Below are positions 49,433 through 62,393 of a stretch of DNA of 64,000 bases, in pieces. The stretch spans positions 17,732,001 through 17,796,000 of the forward strand of contig OZ281496.1 in NCBI GenBank assembly GCA_965637545.1, written 5' to 3'. The notes beneath the pieces are model-generated. The model saw nothing but the letters and a program-made list of their open reading frames with translations, searched no databases and was not told where the DNA came from. The first letter of the stretch is position 1, and the number at the start of each line of letters is the position of its first letter. This stretch comes from Phallusia mammillata. Its lineage: Eukaryota. The translations under genes and the position numbers were made by a program.

Positions 49433-51060
49433 ATGCTTAAAGAAGTTATTGTTCTACTGGCAGTCATAGTCTTGTGCAGTAAGTTATTTTTTGTTGGATT
49501 TGAACTATAGAATTATTACGGGTTGTAAGTAATACGGTTATAATCAGTATCCACTTCGGTATCACTACCTATTTTAATACTTAAGTTCATTCAAATACGT
49601 TCCAGGCGGATGTAGATCTGCAAGCAAGTGTTGTGATCGCAATGATAGCAGAAAAGGTTGGTCTTAAATTAGATTTGTTAAAATATTTGATTTAAATGAT
49701 TCTGCTTAGTTTCTACAGAACACAAGGAGTTTAGCAAGATAAATATACAAGCCAATAGAGGTAAAATATGTAGCAGAGAAAATATGTTTTGTAGCAAAGA
49801 ATTTGTGAAAAACATAAATGCAATAAAAATTTGATAACAAACATCAACGATGTGTTGTAGATTGTAAATTCTTTAAATTTTTTTGAAAAGCGGTTGTAAA
49901 TTAATCTTTTTACAAATTAATAAAGATTCCACACCTAATATACCAAACATTTTTAGATTCTTTGTGCAAGTTGGGACTGAAGACACATTATATTCCCGAC
50001 AGTGCTATAACAGCATCGTCCTATTGGCAACCAAATGTGGACGATCAATATCACCCAAAGTGGGGAAGACTTGATCAAGCGTATATTCCTCATGTTTCGG
50101 TTGGATCGTGGGCAGCGGCAACAAGTCAGTCAAATCGTATGATAGTTAATCGACATTTTTAAACTGACTATATCTATATCCAACTTTGAGAAACATTTTT
50201 ATTTTAAAAAGTCGTAAAGACTAAGTATGGTAAGAATGAACCAGCTGGGTCCAATAAAGAGCATTTATGAATCGGATGTGTGTGAAAGTGAACAATAACC
50301 GCGTGATTAAATCAATAAATAGGTTAATAAAAAACTAAACATAACATAGAAGGTTAACGGTTTTTGTTGTTGTCGTTTTATTTGAACAATCAACAAAACA
50401 CATTGGGATTCAGAAAATCAAAACGTTTGTGCTAAAATAATCGTGTAAAGTTTCAAAAAGTTATTTTTTTTCCAAATCAACCTTTAAGCGGTTTTTATCC
50501 CACATGATGGTTTGCCGTGCTTAAGAATACCATGCACCTCATCATAATCTTTAATAATTAACACTTTAAAAATGTTGTTTTGCGAAATCGATATTGCTTC
50601 TGATACGCAGATAATGTTAATGAATGGATTCAAGTAACCTTAGAAAATGCAACAACAATTACTGGGGTCATTACCCAGGGACGAGCTAACCTTAAAGAGT
50701 GGGTGAGAGAATTCAAAGTCTCGTATTTCGATACTGATCACACTTGGAAAAATGTGAACGACAGTTCTGGAACGACAAAAGTGAGAAAAAATAAATGTTT
50801 TTAACAACATATTCATTTTTTGGATTTCGCTCGAATGATGAACGTTTAGCCTTATCTACTCAACACTCCGTTAAAAGTTCTGACAGTATTTCTAATTGAG
50901 TTTATTGAATTTTTTTCCACAGCTGTTTAGTGGCAACTGGGACCAGAAGAGCCCGGTAACCAACATGTTTCATCAACCAATTGTCGCCCACAAACTCCGA
51001 ATTTACCCCACCAAGTTTAACAACCATATCTCACTGCGCCACGAATACTTAACATGTTAA
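49433..51060 (+). CDS. Secreted single F5/8 type C (discoidin) domain protein, copy A, 204 aa
   Basis: Six phase-compatible exons: 49433-49478, 49606-49656, 49719-49760, 49957-50124, 50611-50780, 50923-51060. Signal peptide MLKEVIVLLAVIVLC, Cys-rich leader, then IPDSAITASS..GRL..SW, EWIQV.L..ITGVITQGR..WV..FKVSY, F.GNWD, LRIYP...ISLR.E...C. Confidence 0.92.
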
Positions 51061-54000
51061 AACCGTTTTTAAGATGGATCTTCATTTTGAAAAAAAATGG
51101 CATTTAGTTTTTACCAGTTATTGATTTACTCGTAATTCACTAATCATAAATGTCGTTTTATGAAGGCTACCGTCATTCATTTTCATCGTATTATTCATTT
51201 ACAAAAAAACACTTAATGCAATTGTGTGTCATCGATTTTAGTCAAATAATAGACACAGCATATCTAAAGCATTTTTTGACACAAAGCCTAGCTAAATAAT
51301 ATGGTTGTAATCGGATGATCAAAAAAACACCGTTCTTATCTAAATATGTTAGTAAGTGTGAGATACGTTACGTCCTACACAGTTTGACTTAAATCCCTGA
51401 ATCTTTTTGTTGGTACTTACTTAAGATGGTGTATTATTGCACCAATAACATAAGTGTCAGATTGAAAAAACACAAACATGAACGTGATCAATGTAACGTT
51501 TCTAACTATCCTTTTAAGTCTAAATTAGCTATTTAAGCTATCATAGAACGCCACTTAATTTTGAGTGAAGATTATTTCTCAAGCTTATGCTTATTATTGC
51601 GTGAGTTCACTATAGTTCGCTTATGGCCTTTGTTTAAGAATTGTGTATATTAGCTTAACTATATATTGAGAAGAGAAAACTTGTCTATAAACAAACCTAA
51701 TTCCACACCAAGCGATTCCATTATAAGTAACACCCAAACAATTATGATACAAAAGACGTAATGATAAAACATTAAACTGCCAAAATAAGAATAATCTGGC
51801 ACTACGCTCAAAAGGAACTGCATTCAACTAGCGGACTTTACAACTGCCCGATAAAACAACACTGTCCAACATAACATAAAACAAAGACATATATACAATG
51901 TGGTGGGCGTAAAAAAATGCAAGAAGGTGGCGCCAAGAAATTGGCGTGCCTCCAGGGCGACACAATCGGGCGAATATTTGCGATTAGATAATTACATTAA
52001 ATTAGTAAGCTTCCTTTGAAATACAACGTTTCTAGCGAAATTTGGGAAAGAAAGAGATGTCTTCTCCAGGCACATCATGGTGGCGAATTACATAACGTTT
52101 TTGTACAGACCGGTTGGAAACCGATGAAAGTTTGTTGTAAACAACCATGTTGGTTTGACGCAACAATCGAGTCCTGCATAAGGTTTCGAGTGACTGCCTA
52201 ATAACCACGTGAAGCACGCTCTGATGCGTATGGCTATTAAGCTGGTAAAAACGCCTTCCATCACCACAAAATCTTCTAATGCAGTTCGGAAATACGATTA
52301 TTTAGCAATCACTTTAAATTACGCCATGGCCGCTTAAGATCGAATAAAACCCAAAGAACTGGATTTTCATCTCAAACATTGGACGTAAAAAATAACAAAC
52401 AATACAAATCGTTACATAAAATCAACCTGTTTTACTGCATATAAGTGATACGTATACTGGTGGTACGTATTCAACAAAAAATATTCAAAAAAAAGAAGAA
52501 AAAAAAACATGAAAGTAAATATATACGCGTGGACAAGTTTGCAAATGCACTTTTTTGCTTCCACAGCATATTTCTGTAGGAACGGAAGTTGTTCTTTGAA
52601 AAATTATCTTCAAGCACATGTGGTAAATACCATTATAAAGTAAAATATTTATGAGTAAACGTTAACAGTTACAGTCACATATCCAATATTAACATGAGGT
52701 AAATAGCAAAAGTAAGGTGGCAGATCTATCGTTCAAAGAAACGGGTCGTCACATTTCATCATGCGTGGTAACACTTTCCATGTGAGCTTAATGACGCGTT
52801 GAGGAAGGCAAATCTGCCACCCTATGCATTATTGCGCTCCAATTTCGTATTAAGTTATGCGTAGTGCGAGGTGTGATATGTAACAAATCGCCCAAAAGGC
52901 GCGCCCTGGTGGCGGTTTCGAGTTGTATGCCGCATTTGACTTTTATTAGTTGCAAAATCAACGCACAATTTCCTAGACCAAAAACAGTTACGACGTTGTT
53001 ATCGTTCAAGTCAGGAGTTAGAGCATTTTTAACGTCATTTGACTGGCGTTTTGTTTTTAATGATATTTTTGATATGTTGCTTAAGATTTGTTGATTTTCT
53101 TTACTTAAAAGTCTTTATTTTCCAAACCTGGAGTAAATTGAATTTGCTTTGGGGTGCAAATGTAAGTACGTATTACGTTGCCATGTTTGCAAAATGAAGT
53201 GATAATAATAAAAATTAGTTTTGTCATCATAATCTCTTAAAGGGTAAACCAACGAACGGGCGGTTTCACATATACAACAATTGATCACTCAACTGGGCAA
53301 TTGCCCATGTTTACATAACGTCAAAGAACATAATCTTATAACACTCACTCTTGCCCTATTTCTAGCAGATGGCAGTACCAGTGCAAAGACATACCGTGGC
53401 CAGACAATAAGAATGTCGTTGTAGCAATAAAAATGCGATGTCTGAGACAAACAACACGACGCTGTGATAAACACGTCAAGTTTTTCCCTGTTTCTGACAC
53501 TGCTGCAGGCATTTTTGCACCACAGCATATTCTAGGGAATGCGATCGCCCCCACAGGAGCCACCACTGAATCGTTAAATGAAAGAAATTAGTTTTACACA
53601 AGATCAACAAAAAAATCTTACAAAAACATAAATAAAACGATCATTGAATGCACTTTGTTTCGCGTTTGACTAGATTACTGTGATAAACTACAAACAATCT
53701 CCTAAAAACATGGCTTAGATATTTAACTAAACATATTTAGCCGTGTGTGAAATCCGGCCCGAATCAAATCAGCTTTATTCAAACTTAAGCATGAAAAGCC
53801 AGTTGCCTTTTAGATTGTGGAGTTTAATCAACAAAAAAAACACGCGTAGAGTCAATTTGATGAGTACAATTTGCAGATAGAAGTTTAGTTGTGTTTGGGA
53901 CATTATACGATGTTGTGTTTTTTTTTCGCCAGAGATTTTATAAGTACATTAATGATTATTCGTCAACCTCACGTTTCCCAAATCTCTTAAAAAACAGCAC

Positions 54001-55338
54001 TGTATTTACGTGTCTCTACCGCCCCTGCTGGTCGTCTCAACTCTTTCACGAATTCGTGTGCACAACAAATTATTCTTAAACCAAATTGTTCTCAACCTTC
54101 TTTGTGTGAATTTTAACCAGCATATTTGCGAATATTTTAAAACACCTGAAGACTGTCAAAAGTACAAAAAAAGGTTTTCCGGCCAACATGAAATTTCTTT
54201 TGCCTCAGGCCCAGTGATAGCAGAAGCTAGAAATGCAAGATGTGTTTAATATCAAGTTGCAAGATAGTTTGATGAAAATAAAAGTAGAAGACCCAGCCAG
54301 TTGATGTATATCCTGCTCAAAAGCTCAAAGGAAATACGAGCTGATTAAATCTACAATGACCAACGACAGTCTTCTAAGCAGTGGATTTTACCCGGCAGGT
54401 TGCGAGGTCGCTTGCCTTTTTTCTAGGGGTCGCGAAGGCTTTTGATAAACAGTAAAATTGTTTGTCAGCAATAACTAAATAAAAACATCTGAAAGCAATT
54501 AATCAGTCAAACCATTTGAAGTTATTTCGTTTTCCATTTTGACAAAACGATAGAAAACAAATGCTTTATCACGCCACTATGCAGTATAGAAGATAATTCA
54601 ATGAAAGTACCACAGCACCTCATGGGCAAACGAACGTCAAAGCATCAAAACACTTGTAGTAGGTGAAGCGTCTCAGCGTGTTGTAAAAAAAATATTTCAA
54701 TAATGAAAACCGAACACACCAGCAAGCTTCTTAGTCCAAGGGTCGACTCGTGCTGGGGTGCTGCAGCACCCCAAAGATATTTTTACTCAATATTCCTGCC
54801 ACAATATTACAGATAACTTTCATTACACTTATTTTTTCATTCTTAAGTATAATTTTTATCAGTACAATTTTCGCCTCAATCGGCATTTTTTTCTTAAAAA
54901 ATTTATGGCATTAATATGTTGGTGGAACTGCTACTCCAGTTTCGTGACGATTGCAGTTGTGCGCATGCGCATTTGGAAAAGCTATAGCCGGGCGAAATAA
55001 GCGACAGGGTGCTGCGGCTCGCGCAGCTCCACCAATCACGTAGCGTGTGAACCGGCCTGCAGTTGTGTTGTCCGTTCCTGGTCTACAGTGCTCCAAAGCC
55101 AAACCCGTTTGCTATATTGTTAAGGTCGGCAGTGAATACTGGTAAATAATTATTTTGCCATCTTTTAATTTATTTGTTTGAAGGTTAGTCGTGACTTTTT
55201 AAGATGACTGTAAGTGAGCTTCAGTTTTTGCAGTTATCATTAAATTAAAAAGTGTATCTAACACCTTGAAAAAAAAGGTCATCCAACACCTTGGAAAGTC
55301 ACAATTAACCTTTATAATAAAAGTCTGCATAAAAAGTT

Positions 55339-55653
55339 TTGAGAAAAATGGGATCATCAGCTATTCCAAATATGTCATGCAGAAATAAGCAACAACAAGA
55401 AATACTCAGTTTTAGTGTTGAATGCCAACAAAGAGAAAAACAGCTTTGTGACTGTGGAGTTAAATGCCTCACTAAAATTCAGGCAATGTCGAGTGCAGAA
55501 CAAACAATTGCAGAAGCAACTAGAATTTTGAAATACCTTAGTGATGAAAATTTCAAGTTTTGGTTTCTTAACACACCATGTGGACAGTATTTGTCACCAA
55601 GTGTAATCTTGTGTATTGACATAATGAGCATGTACTGTTTCTCTAAACAGTAG
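55339..55653 (+). pseudogene. Possible hAT transposase fragment
   Basis: QTIAEATRILKYLSDENFKFW resembles a central helix of ZMYM1-like hAT transposases; no catalytic motif seen. Confidence 0.3.
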
Positions 55654-55839
55654 CTGCTAAATTGCTTCACAGGAAATATTTCTTAAGAATGAACATTCTA
55701 CAGAGCTGAAACAGTTTTGTTATTTAACGAATCTCCCGCAGACAATAAAATGTATGAAAGAAGATTCTTGCTTCTGATCAGTATAAAATTGGACTGTTTC
55801 ATAAAAACAGATAAACGCATAAATCGTTTCTTTTAGTAA

Positions 55840-55885
55840 CAGAAATATATATTTCGCTTTAATAAATAGGCATCATCAGTTTCTG
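55840..55885 (-). ncRNA. Minimal type I hammerhead motif in the 3' pLTR of the second Penelope
   Basis: CAGAAA CUGAUGA U GC..GC GAAA UAUAUA UUUCUG: perfect 6-bp stem I, weakened stem II. Confidence 0.68.
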
Positions 55886-57167
55886 CAAAAAGCAAACATG
55901 TAGTAGGCTGTCGAAAAAAAGTTGTGAAAAATAAAATAGTTATAAAATATGTTTTAAAAACTGTACAAATTAAACCACTGTGAAACACAGAGGCAAACCA
56001 CAACTGGCGAGTGGCCACAAGCGAAACGAGGAAAGAAGAGAAAAGGAGACGTGATAAAACTGATAAGCCTTTGAAAACACACGGAGGAAAGTAAATTAAC
56101 CTCTAGGCGAAAAAAACAAAACATTGAGGGCTTAGAAACACAAAGATGCAATTACCTCGCGCGCGGCAAAATCACTTTTTTGATGTTAATTTCGGCCGTG
56201 ATTTTGTTGAGCCATTTGTCTTAAAAAATATCTAAAAGATTTGGTGGAGGCATTTGCACGAACACGACGTAAAAACACATGTGGATTTGCGGTTTGTGCT
56301 TTAATATCGCACTATGGTTCTCCGCACAGTAGCGCAGTAGCGCAGCTCGGTCATTGTTTGCCGAGCAGTCGAACGTTTTCCAAGTAGTGCGATGGGTATT
56401 CCACCGTGTGGAAAACTTGGTCTTGGTTTGACCAACATATTGCTTGCCGCACTTGTAGCAAGCGGCCACATAAATGCCGTAGTTGCGACAAGTTAAATTT
56501 TGTCGAAGTTGTATACTGCCTGTGGGCGTTTTTAAAACGGTGGTATAGCCTACCATAGTTTGGTGATTACCAAAATTGCCACATAGTGCACATTTTCCGC
56601 ATGGACTTGAAGAGCTTGTTCTGTTGTCATTGCCTGAGTTACTGATGGACAAAGCTTTGAAGTTCGTAACAAAGTGTGCCAGTGTGGGCGGCCTTTTGTA
56701 TGTAATAGAAAGCCAAAGGTTCCATAGCTTTCTCTTTTTGAGTCAGTAAAACACAAGAAGGGAATACCGTAGCCCAAACAATTCGATTGCGAGGTCTAGT
56801 TTTGTCTTTCGGCCCAAACCTTTCTTTCCAACCCTCTGCGATGTGTAGCATGTCTTTAGTCATTCCTTGATGAAACCCAGAAAGGATGCACTTCTCCTTC
56901 ACTCTGTTAAGACTGTTACGGTAATCTTGGTCTAATTCGTTTAATCGACGCATGCGAATCTCTTCGCCAAAAACTATCGATTTAAAAACCGACGGCGGGT
57001 GGTGTGATTGTCCGTTTAGAAAACTACGTCCTTCTGCAGTTGGTTTGATGTAGTCCCTTGTTGTAAAACCTTTAGGTGAACTCTTTGTTGTGATGTGGTC
57101 TACGTCAAGAAACTCCAAAGCCTTGCCTTCCTCCTCAGTTGACACTTTCCTAAATGTGAGTGTCAGA

Positions 57168-58182
57168 CATGGGCGTCCGCATATAGGGGCAGCTGACCCC
57201 CCCTGGAAAATTGTTGGATGAAAAATGAAAAAAAACTGCAGCAAAATTCGAACAATAAGTTTGGATACACTTCCAATAAATGTTTTTGATATATATCAGA
57301 GCGTGGCGCAAATCTATCAAAAGATTGGGAGAGGGGGTAATTTTAAACATTTTCCAAAAATAAAACTATTTCCGTTATCAATAGGCAACGTTCTTTTTTG
57401 TTGATACCCACGAAAGAACGAGACAGTTCTTAACCGAAAAACTTTTTACTCTGTGGATACATCGATATCCACATAATCATACGCTTGCTGTTCAATTTCT
57501 TTAGTTTACTGACAAATGCAGTTATATGGTGATTTGTGGTTCGTAGATATCAGAATAATTGATGGGATTTAGTGCAGAATGCTCAAATCTTTTTAGGCTC
57601 ATCACTGCAAATGTCAAATCACTACATATAGGCTACTGGTAAACTGCATTTACAGCTTGCCACACTTCTACCAGTCCTTGCCAGATTGAAACTAAGCTAT
57701 TTGAACAATCGGTAATTTTCAAATTTGCTGTTGATATAATCACAACTCATAACTTTTTTCTGTGTATGGTTTTAAACATTGTAGACTCCCAATTAAATAC
57801 CATCGCGTAATTGAAATGCTTCTTTTTCTCTGTTCTTACCTTTATTTACTATCTCTTCTTGGAACTACTAGCAGTCGGTCGCTGCGGAAACCACACAGTT
57901 ATGACAAAACAAAGTGCATTATTACCCCAAATGTATATATTACACCTTGCGCAAAGTTCACTTGAGCACGATAATAGTATGCAGTAAAACGAGTATATAA
58001 CTCTGATAATTTGTGCTCTGGCCAATTTTGATAAAAATCCGTAGAAATGTAAACACTGATAAAAATGATAAATTGTCTGGATGGTGTAATGGTCAAATTT
58101 TCAAGAAAATTTTGCATCCGGCCGAAAGGGCACAGTGAACCCACTTTGACCCCCCCTAACCGAAAACCTGCGGACGCCCTTG
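57168..58182. mobile_element. Non-autonomous hAT element (1015 bp) inside the Penelope RT
   Basis: TIR CA(T/A)GGGCGTCCGCA; perfect TSD GTGTCAGA; removal rejoins ..FENYGLT|LTFRKVS.. Confidence 0.92.
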
Positions 58183-59739
58183 GTGTCAGACCGTAGTTTT
58201 CAAATCCCTTTTTAAGTGAAGTTTGTATTTGTTTAGTATTTTTGCTTCCAGAAGATATCCATAATATGTCATCTATGTACCTTTTGAAAAGATGAGTGCC
58301 ACATATCACATCCCTGAGTGACTGAACGATGCAATGAACGGCAATGTTTGCAACCGAAACTGAATGGTTGTCGCCTGTGACAATGCCGCTAGTTTGCTTA
58401 TAGTAAGCATCCTTAAACTCAGTCACTGCATTACTCAAGCAGAACATAACAAGTTGAGTAAGTAGAATTCTTCCTTTGACGCTAAAATTGGTGTGTGTGT
58501 TTAAAGCTGCTGATAACGCTTGCTTTACCAAGTCGCGGCGAAGGTTTGGATGTAGGGCTGTTACATCTGCGGCAACAACAAGATGTAATGGTTGAGTTTC
58601 TTTCAAACTTGATTCCCATATTGCAAGGCTTTGTAGGTAGTGCTTAGTGTCTTGGCAGTTTCCATCCACTGCAGATTTGCAGTAGTTCACACTTACAGGT
58701 TTAAGTAGATATTCTAGAAATGCTGTAACTCTGAAAGTTGTTATTTGACCTGCCGCTTGTAGGAGCCGAATAGGAATATCTATTGCTTTGATTGTTTGCA
58801 GATGTTCTTCCAGTAGCTTATGCGTCTTAAATAGTGGATACGCGTAAGCTGTGTGGAAAATGGAGAAATATTCGGCGGACGGTCCAGACAAAATTTTCCA
58901 ATTCACGTTTCATGATGAGGTCATAGTCCGCGTGGTTAAGGACTACAATCTTCCCATCTTTGTCAGCATTGCAAATAACTGTTTGTTTCCGTTTCACCAT
59001 ATTTCTCAACTTAACAAAGCTTTTTCTCATAACTGGAACCAGGTTGTTTCTATCGCGATATTGACGCTTTACAGACATGCCGAGGTTTCTCATTTTAGCC
59101 ATCGCTCCTTCAGTATAAGCTATTGTTGTATCGTTTAGCTGGTCTCTTGAGGGTCTAGTAAACTTTTGCAACTTTAACTTTGGTGGAACTTCATTAATAC
59201 GATCTTCTTCATTGTTGCAATCTGCGAAAAAAATGGACTCAATTCTTCGGATATAGCTCATTGCGGTTAGCCATTCTTGTGATTCAATGTTTTCTGTCCA
59301 CCTAGCCTAGGTGTTGGTGCAAAATTTAGTCCTTTTAACAAAAGAATTTTATCATCCAAGTTCAGATCAAAGCAACAGAGGAGATAGTAGTGACCACCAA
59401 GCATATCCTATTGATAGAAAAGTTACTGAAACTTTTTGAAAAAAGCCAGTTAACTAGGAACTTCTATGAGTCCCTCAAAGGCAAAACAGTTCTTTTCAAC
59501 ACTGAAAATGATGCAAACATTTCTAAGGAACACCATTATTTCCAAAAGACTTGCACTTGCAGTGCTAGCACTAAATAGAAAAAAAAACAGTTTGTTAATT
59601 GTCGTTTGAAAAGGAAGAAGCTATCAATTATTTTGCCCAAACTATAACTTTGTGATCCATTATGGTTGTAAAAAGGAAGCACAACGAAACAAAAGTTCTG
59701 ACACAAATGTAATGTGGTTGTTAAATTCGTCAGCTATGA

Positions 59740-60229
59740 CAGTGGTTCCCAACCTTTTTTTAACGCGACCCAAATACTCATCAAAATTTTGTTTAGTGGT
59801 TTCTCGCGACCCATGGACATGTTTTTTTTAGTTGTATCTTTGTCTGTAAATTTGGAAAGCTGGTTGAAAATCACTACGCAAGTTTAGCAAATCAATAGTC
59901 TTATAACGAACGAATAGTGTTGTTTTTTCGACCAAACATTTCCATTTAGCCCGAACTTGGAGCTGAATCGAATTATTATTGGCCAGACAACGCCCAACTG
60001 TGAGCTAACACATCACTTTATGACGTCACAAACAGTTTTAACCATCATTACAAGTTGTGATAAAATTATTGTTGGGCAACAATTTAAAGCCTTGGGAAAT
60101 ATATATATGTAAAAAACACGCTACAAGGCGAAATCAAGCAGATGCTCTTATTCGCACTAAAACAAGCGACCCAACAGAATGTTCAGGCGACCCAACTTTG
60201 GGTCGCGACCCATAGGTTGGGAAACACTG
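59740..60229. mobile_element. hAT MITE (490 bp)
   Basis: TIR CAGTG(G/T)TTCCCAACCT; perfect TSD AGCTATGA. Confidence 0.93.
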
Positions 60230-61226
60230 AGCTATGATACCAATAAAAAGTTTTATGGCTATTTTTTACGTGGCGATAATGTGCAAAGTGTTATAGAATA
60301 TGTTGAAGTTACTTATATGAAACAAGGCCATACTAATGACTGAATAGCAAGTGTGTTAGTTAGTAGTCATTGTTAGAACCAGTTTTTCTTAAATGTTGTC
60401 CAACTGAAATACTTCGACCTTTTTCGACTCGTTTAACTGATTAACAATTTTCTTCTGTGTATTGTTGTTGTGTTTTACCGTATTTACAACGGCTTCGTTT
60501 CGAGTCTGTGTCACGTATGCTTTTGTGCCACATTATTATTGCATGTTATTGAGTTTGGTCTGTCGCTGTGCAAGTGAACAAAATCCACAAATGATACCGT
60601 CTGCTGTTCACACGTAATCCAAAATTACGTCAGAATGGAGTTGCTAATTAAGATTTGTATTGCTTGTTTTTCTGCAAAAAAACAATGGCTAGAAAACTAG
60701 AAATGTGACTTTTCTATTAATTGCCAACATTTGTCCAATGAAGGCTAAGATTTGGAGCAGCACCCCCAGAAATGTTAGGCACGAGCCTCCACTGATTAGA
60801 CCCGTTCTCTTTTTCCAAAGTGGGAGTTTATTCTGATGATTTTTAAATAAATATGGACATTTTTGAAAGTGGGTCAAAAGTTTCATTTGGTTGCTAAAAT
60901 GTGCCCCTTGATGAAAAAAGGTTAAAAATTATTGGTCTAGAAGTAAACAAACAAATTTTTATACAACGAATAAATTATTATAGAACATTAAATCAATTAA
61001 AGAAGCAAATGACAAGATTTCTAGCTGGTAAAATCTAATTGAAATGCCAAATATGATCATGCATTACAACAAATAAAATAAGGTTCAACCTACTTAAAGC
61101 AAAAATCTCCGTAGAACTTGTGTTATGACACGGCCGGATTGCGGACGGTTTATCGGCAATAATCATAAAGGAATCAAAATTTTTTATTGGAAAATATTTT
61201 GTTTTTTGTGGATATTTTGTGTGTGA

Positions 61227-61522
61227 TCACGTCTTATCTGTCAGGCAGGCGCGCACGTCAACGCTTTGGGCACAAAGATGCAGATAAAAACAGAGGCAAG
61301 GGGTTCGCAAATATCAGACAAAGACGGAATGCAAAGCAAATCGCCAATCGCATCGGTTGTGGCGTGTAGTCAAGTTTTGTTCGTCCTGTTGTATTTGTTT
61401 TACAAACGATTGTTCGGTTTCTATTCTTTTTTTGTTGTCTATTCTCTATTGCCCGGTGTTTCGTCTGTTTTTGTCTGCATCGGTCCAAACGTTGACGTGC
61501 GCGCCTGACAGATAAGACGTGA
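61227..61522. mobile_element. Palindromic fold-back element (~296 bp)
   Basis: TCACGTCTTATCTGTCAGGCGCGCACGTCAACG inverted at both ends (4-bp duplication in the left arm); no TSD seen. Confidence 0.7.
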
Positions 61523-62393
61523 CCCGCAGTTGGGGCAGCTTGTCAAACGTTGCTTGTCAAACCAATTTTAAATCGGCAGTGTTAACAATGTCTCCTGTGT
61601 TTTGTTTTAAGTTCAGCGTTTTCGTCTCACTTTGTTTTGTTGTGTTTTTACTTTTAATCCTTTTATCGATGTTTTATTTTGTGGTTTATATAGGAAGTGA
61701 ACATGCCATTAGGCGAAATATATATTCCAAGATTTATATCGACTGATTTCGTGGCTTTGAAAATACTTTCCATTCTCTGTTAATAAATTAAATAAACGGT
61801 GATCGTCGATGACCATGCTGCCTGTTGAAGGGTCAGATACTGTTCAGTTCAAATACTCTCAGTATAGAGTACCGTTTAAAACAGATTTATACGTAGTCTA
61901 TATTAGCCCTACATTCGGAACAAAAATACATTTGCCAGAAGAGCTTTATAAACTACTTTAGCCCTCTTTCAATTTTCTTGCAACATATTTTGTGGTAGTT
62001 CTGTGATACTTTTCGTTTCCATTAACGTTAATGTTTAAAAATGTACTTTCAAATATTCTAAATTTATTCCGCAATAGAAGTGTTTGGATAGCAAAAAAGT
62101 TTATCGCATCTGAGATAAATTTGTCAGGGAATGGCATTAACAAATATGGTTACACTACACTAAAGAATTTAGCTTGGTTTTGTGCAAAAATATTTGCTTT
62201 AGATATGAAGTGTGCATTATTTGACTAAAATCGGTGACACACAATCATGAAGTGTTTATTGTAACTACGACGAACAGGAACAGCTGTTACTTTCATAAAA
62301 CGACATTTAATGATAGTGAATTACGTGTAAATCTGTAGCTGATGAAAACTAAATGCTATTTTTTCACAATGACGATCCATTCCAAAATCCGTT

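Larger units (their letters stand above)
55800..59370 (-). mobile_element. Second Penelope-like element, decayed and 5'-truncated
   Basis: Frameshifted fragments are homologous to the 905-aa ORF (KGLNFAP, NADKDGKIVVL, AADVTAL, KRYIDDILW, EFLDVDH, GIYVAACYKCGKQYVGQTK). The RT is split by the 57168-58182 insertion. Confidence 0.9.

Noticed and set aside
51100-55300. Scattered 60-80-aa ORFs and partial MITE ends
   Set aside because: No recognisable motifs or paired TIRs; treated as ordinary intergenic DNA.
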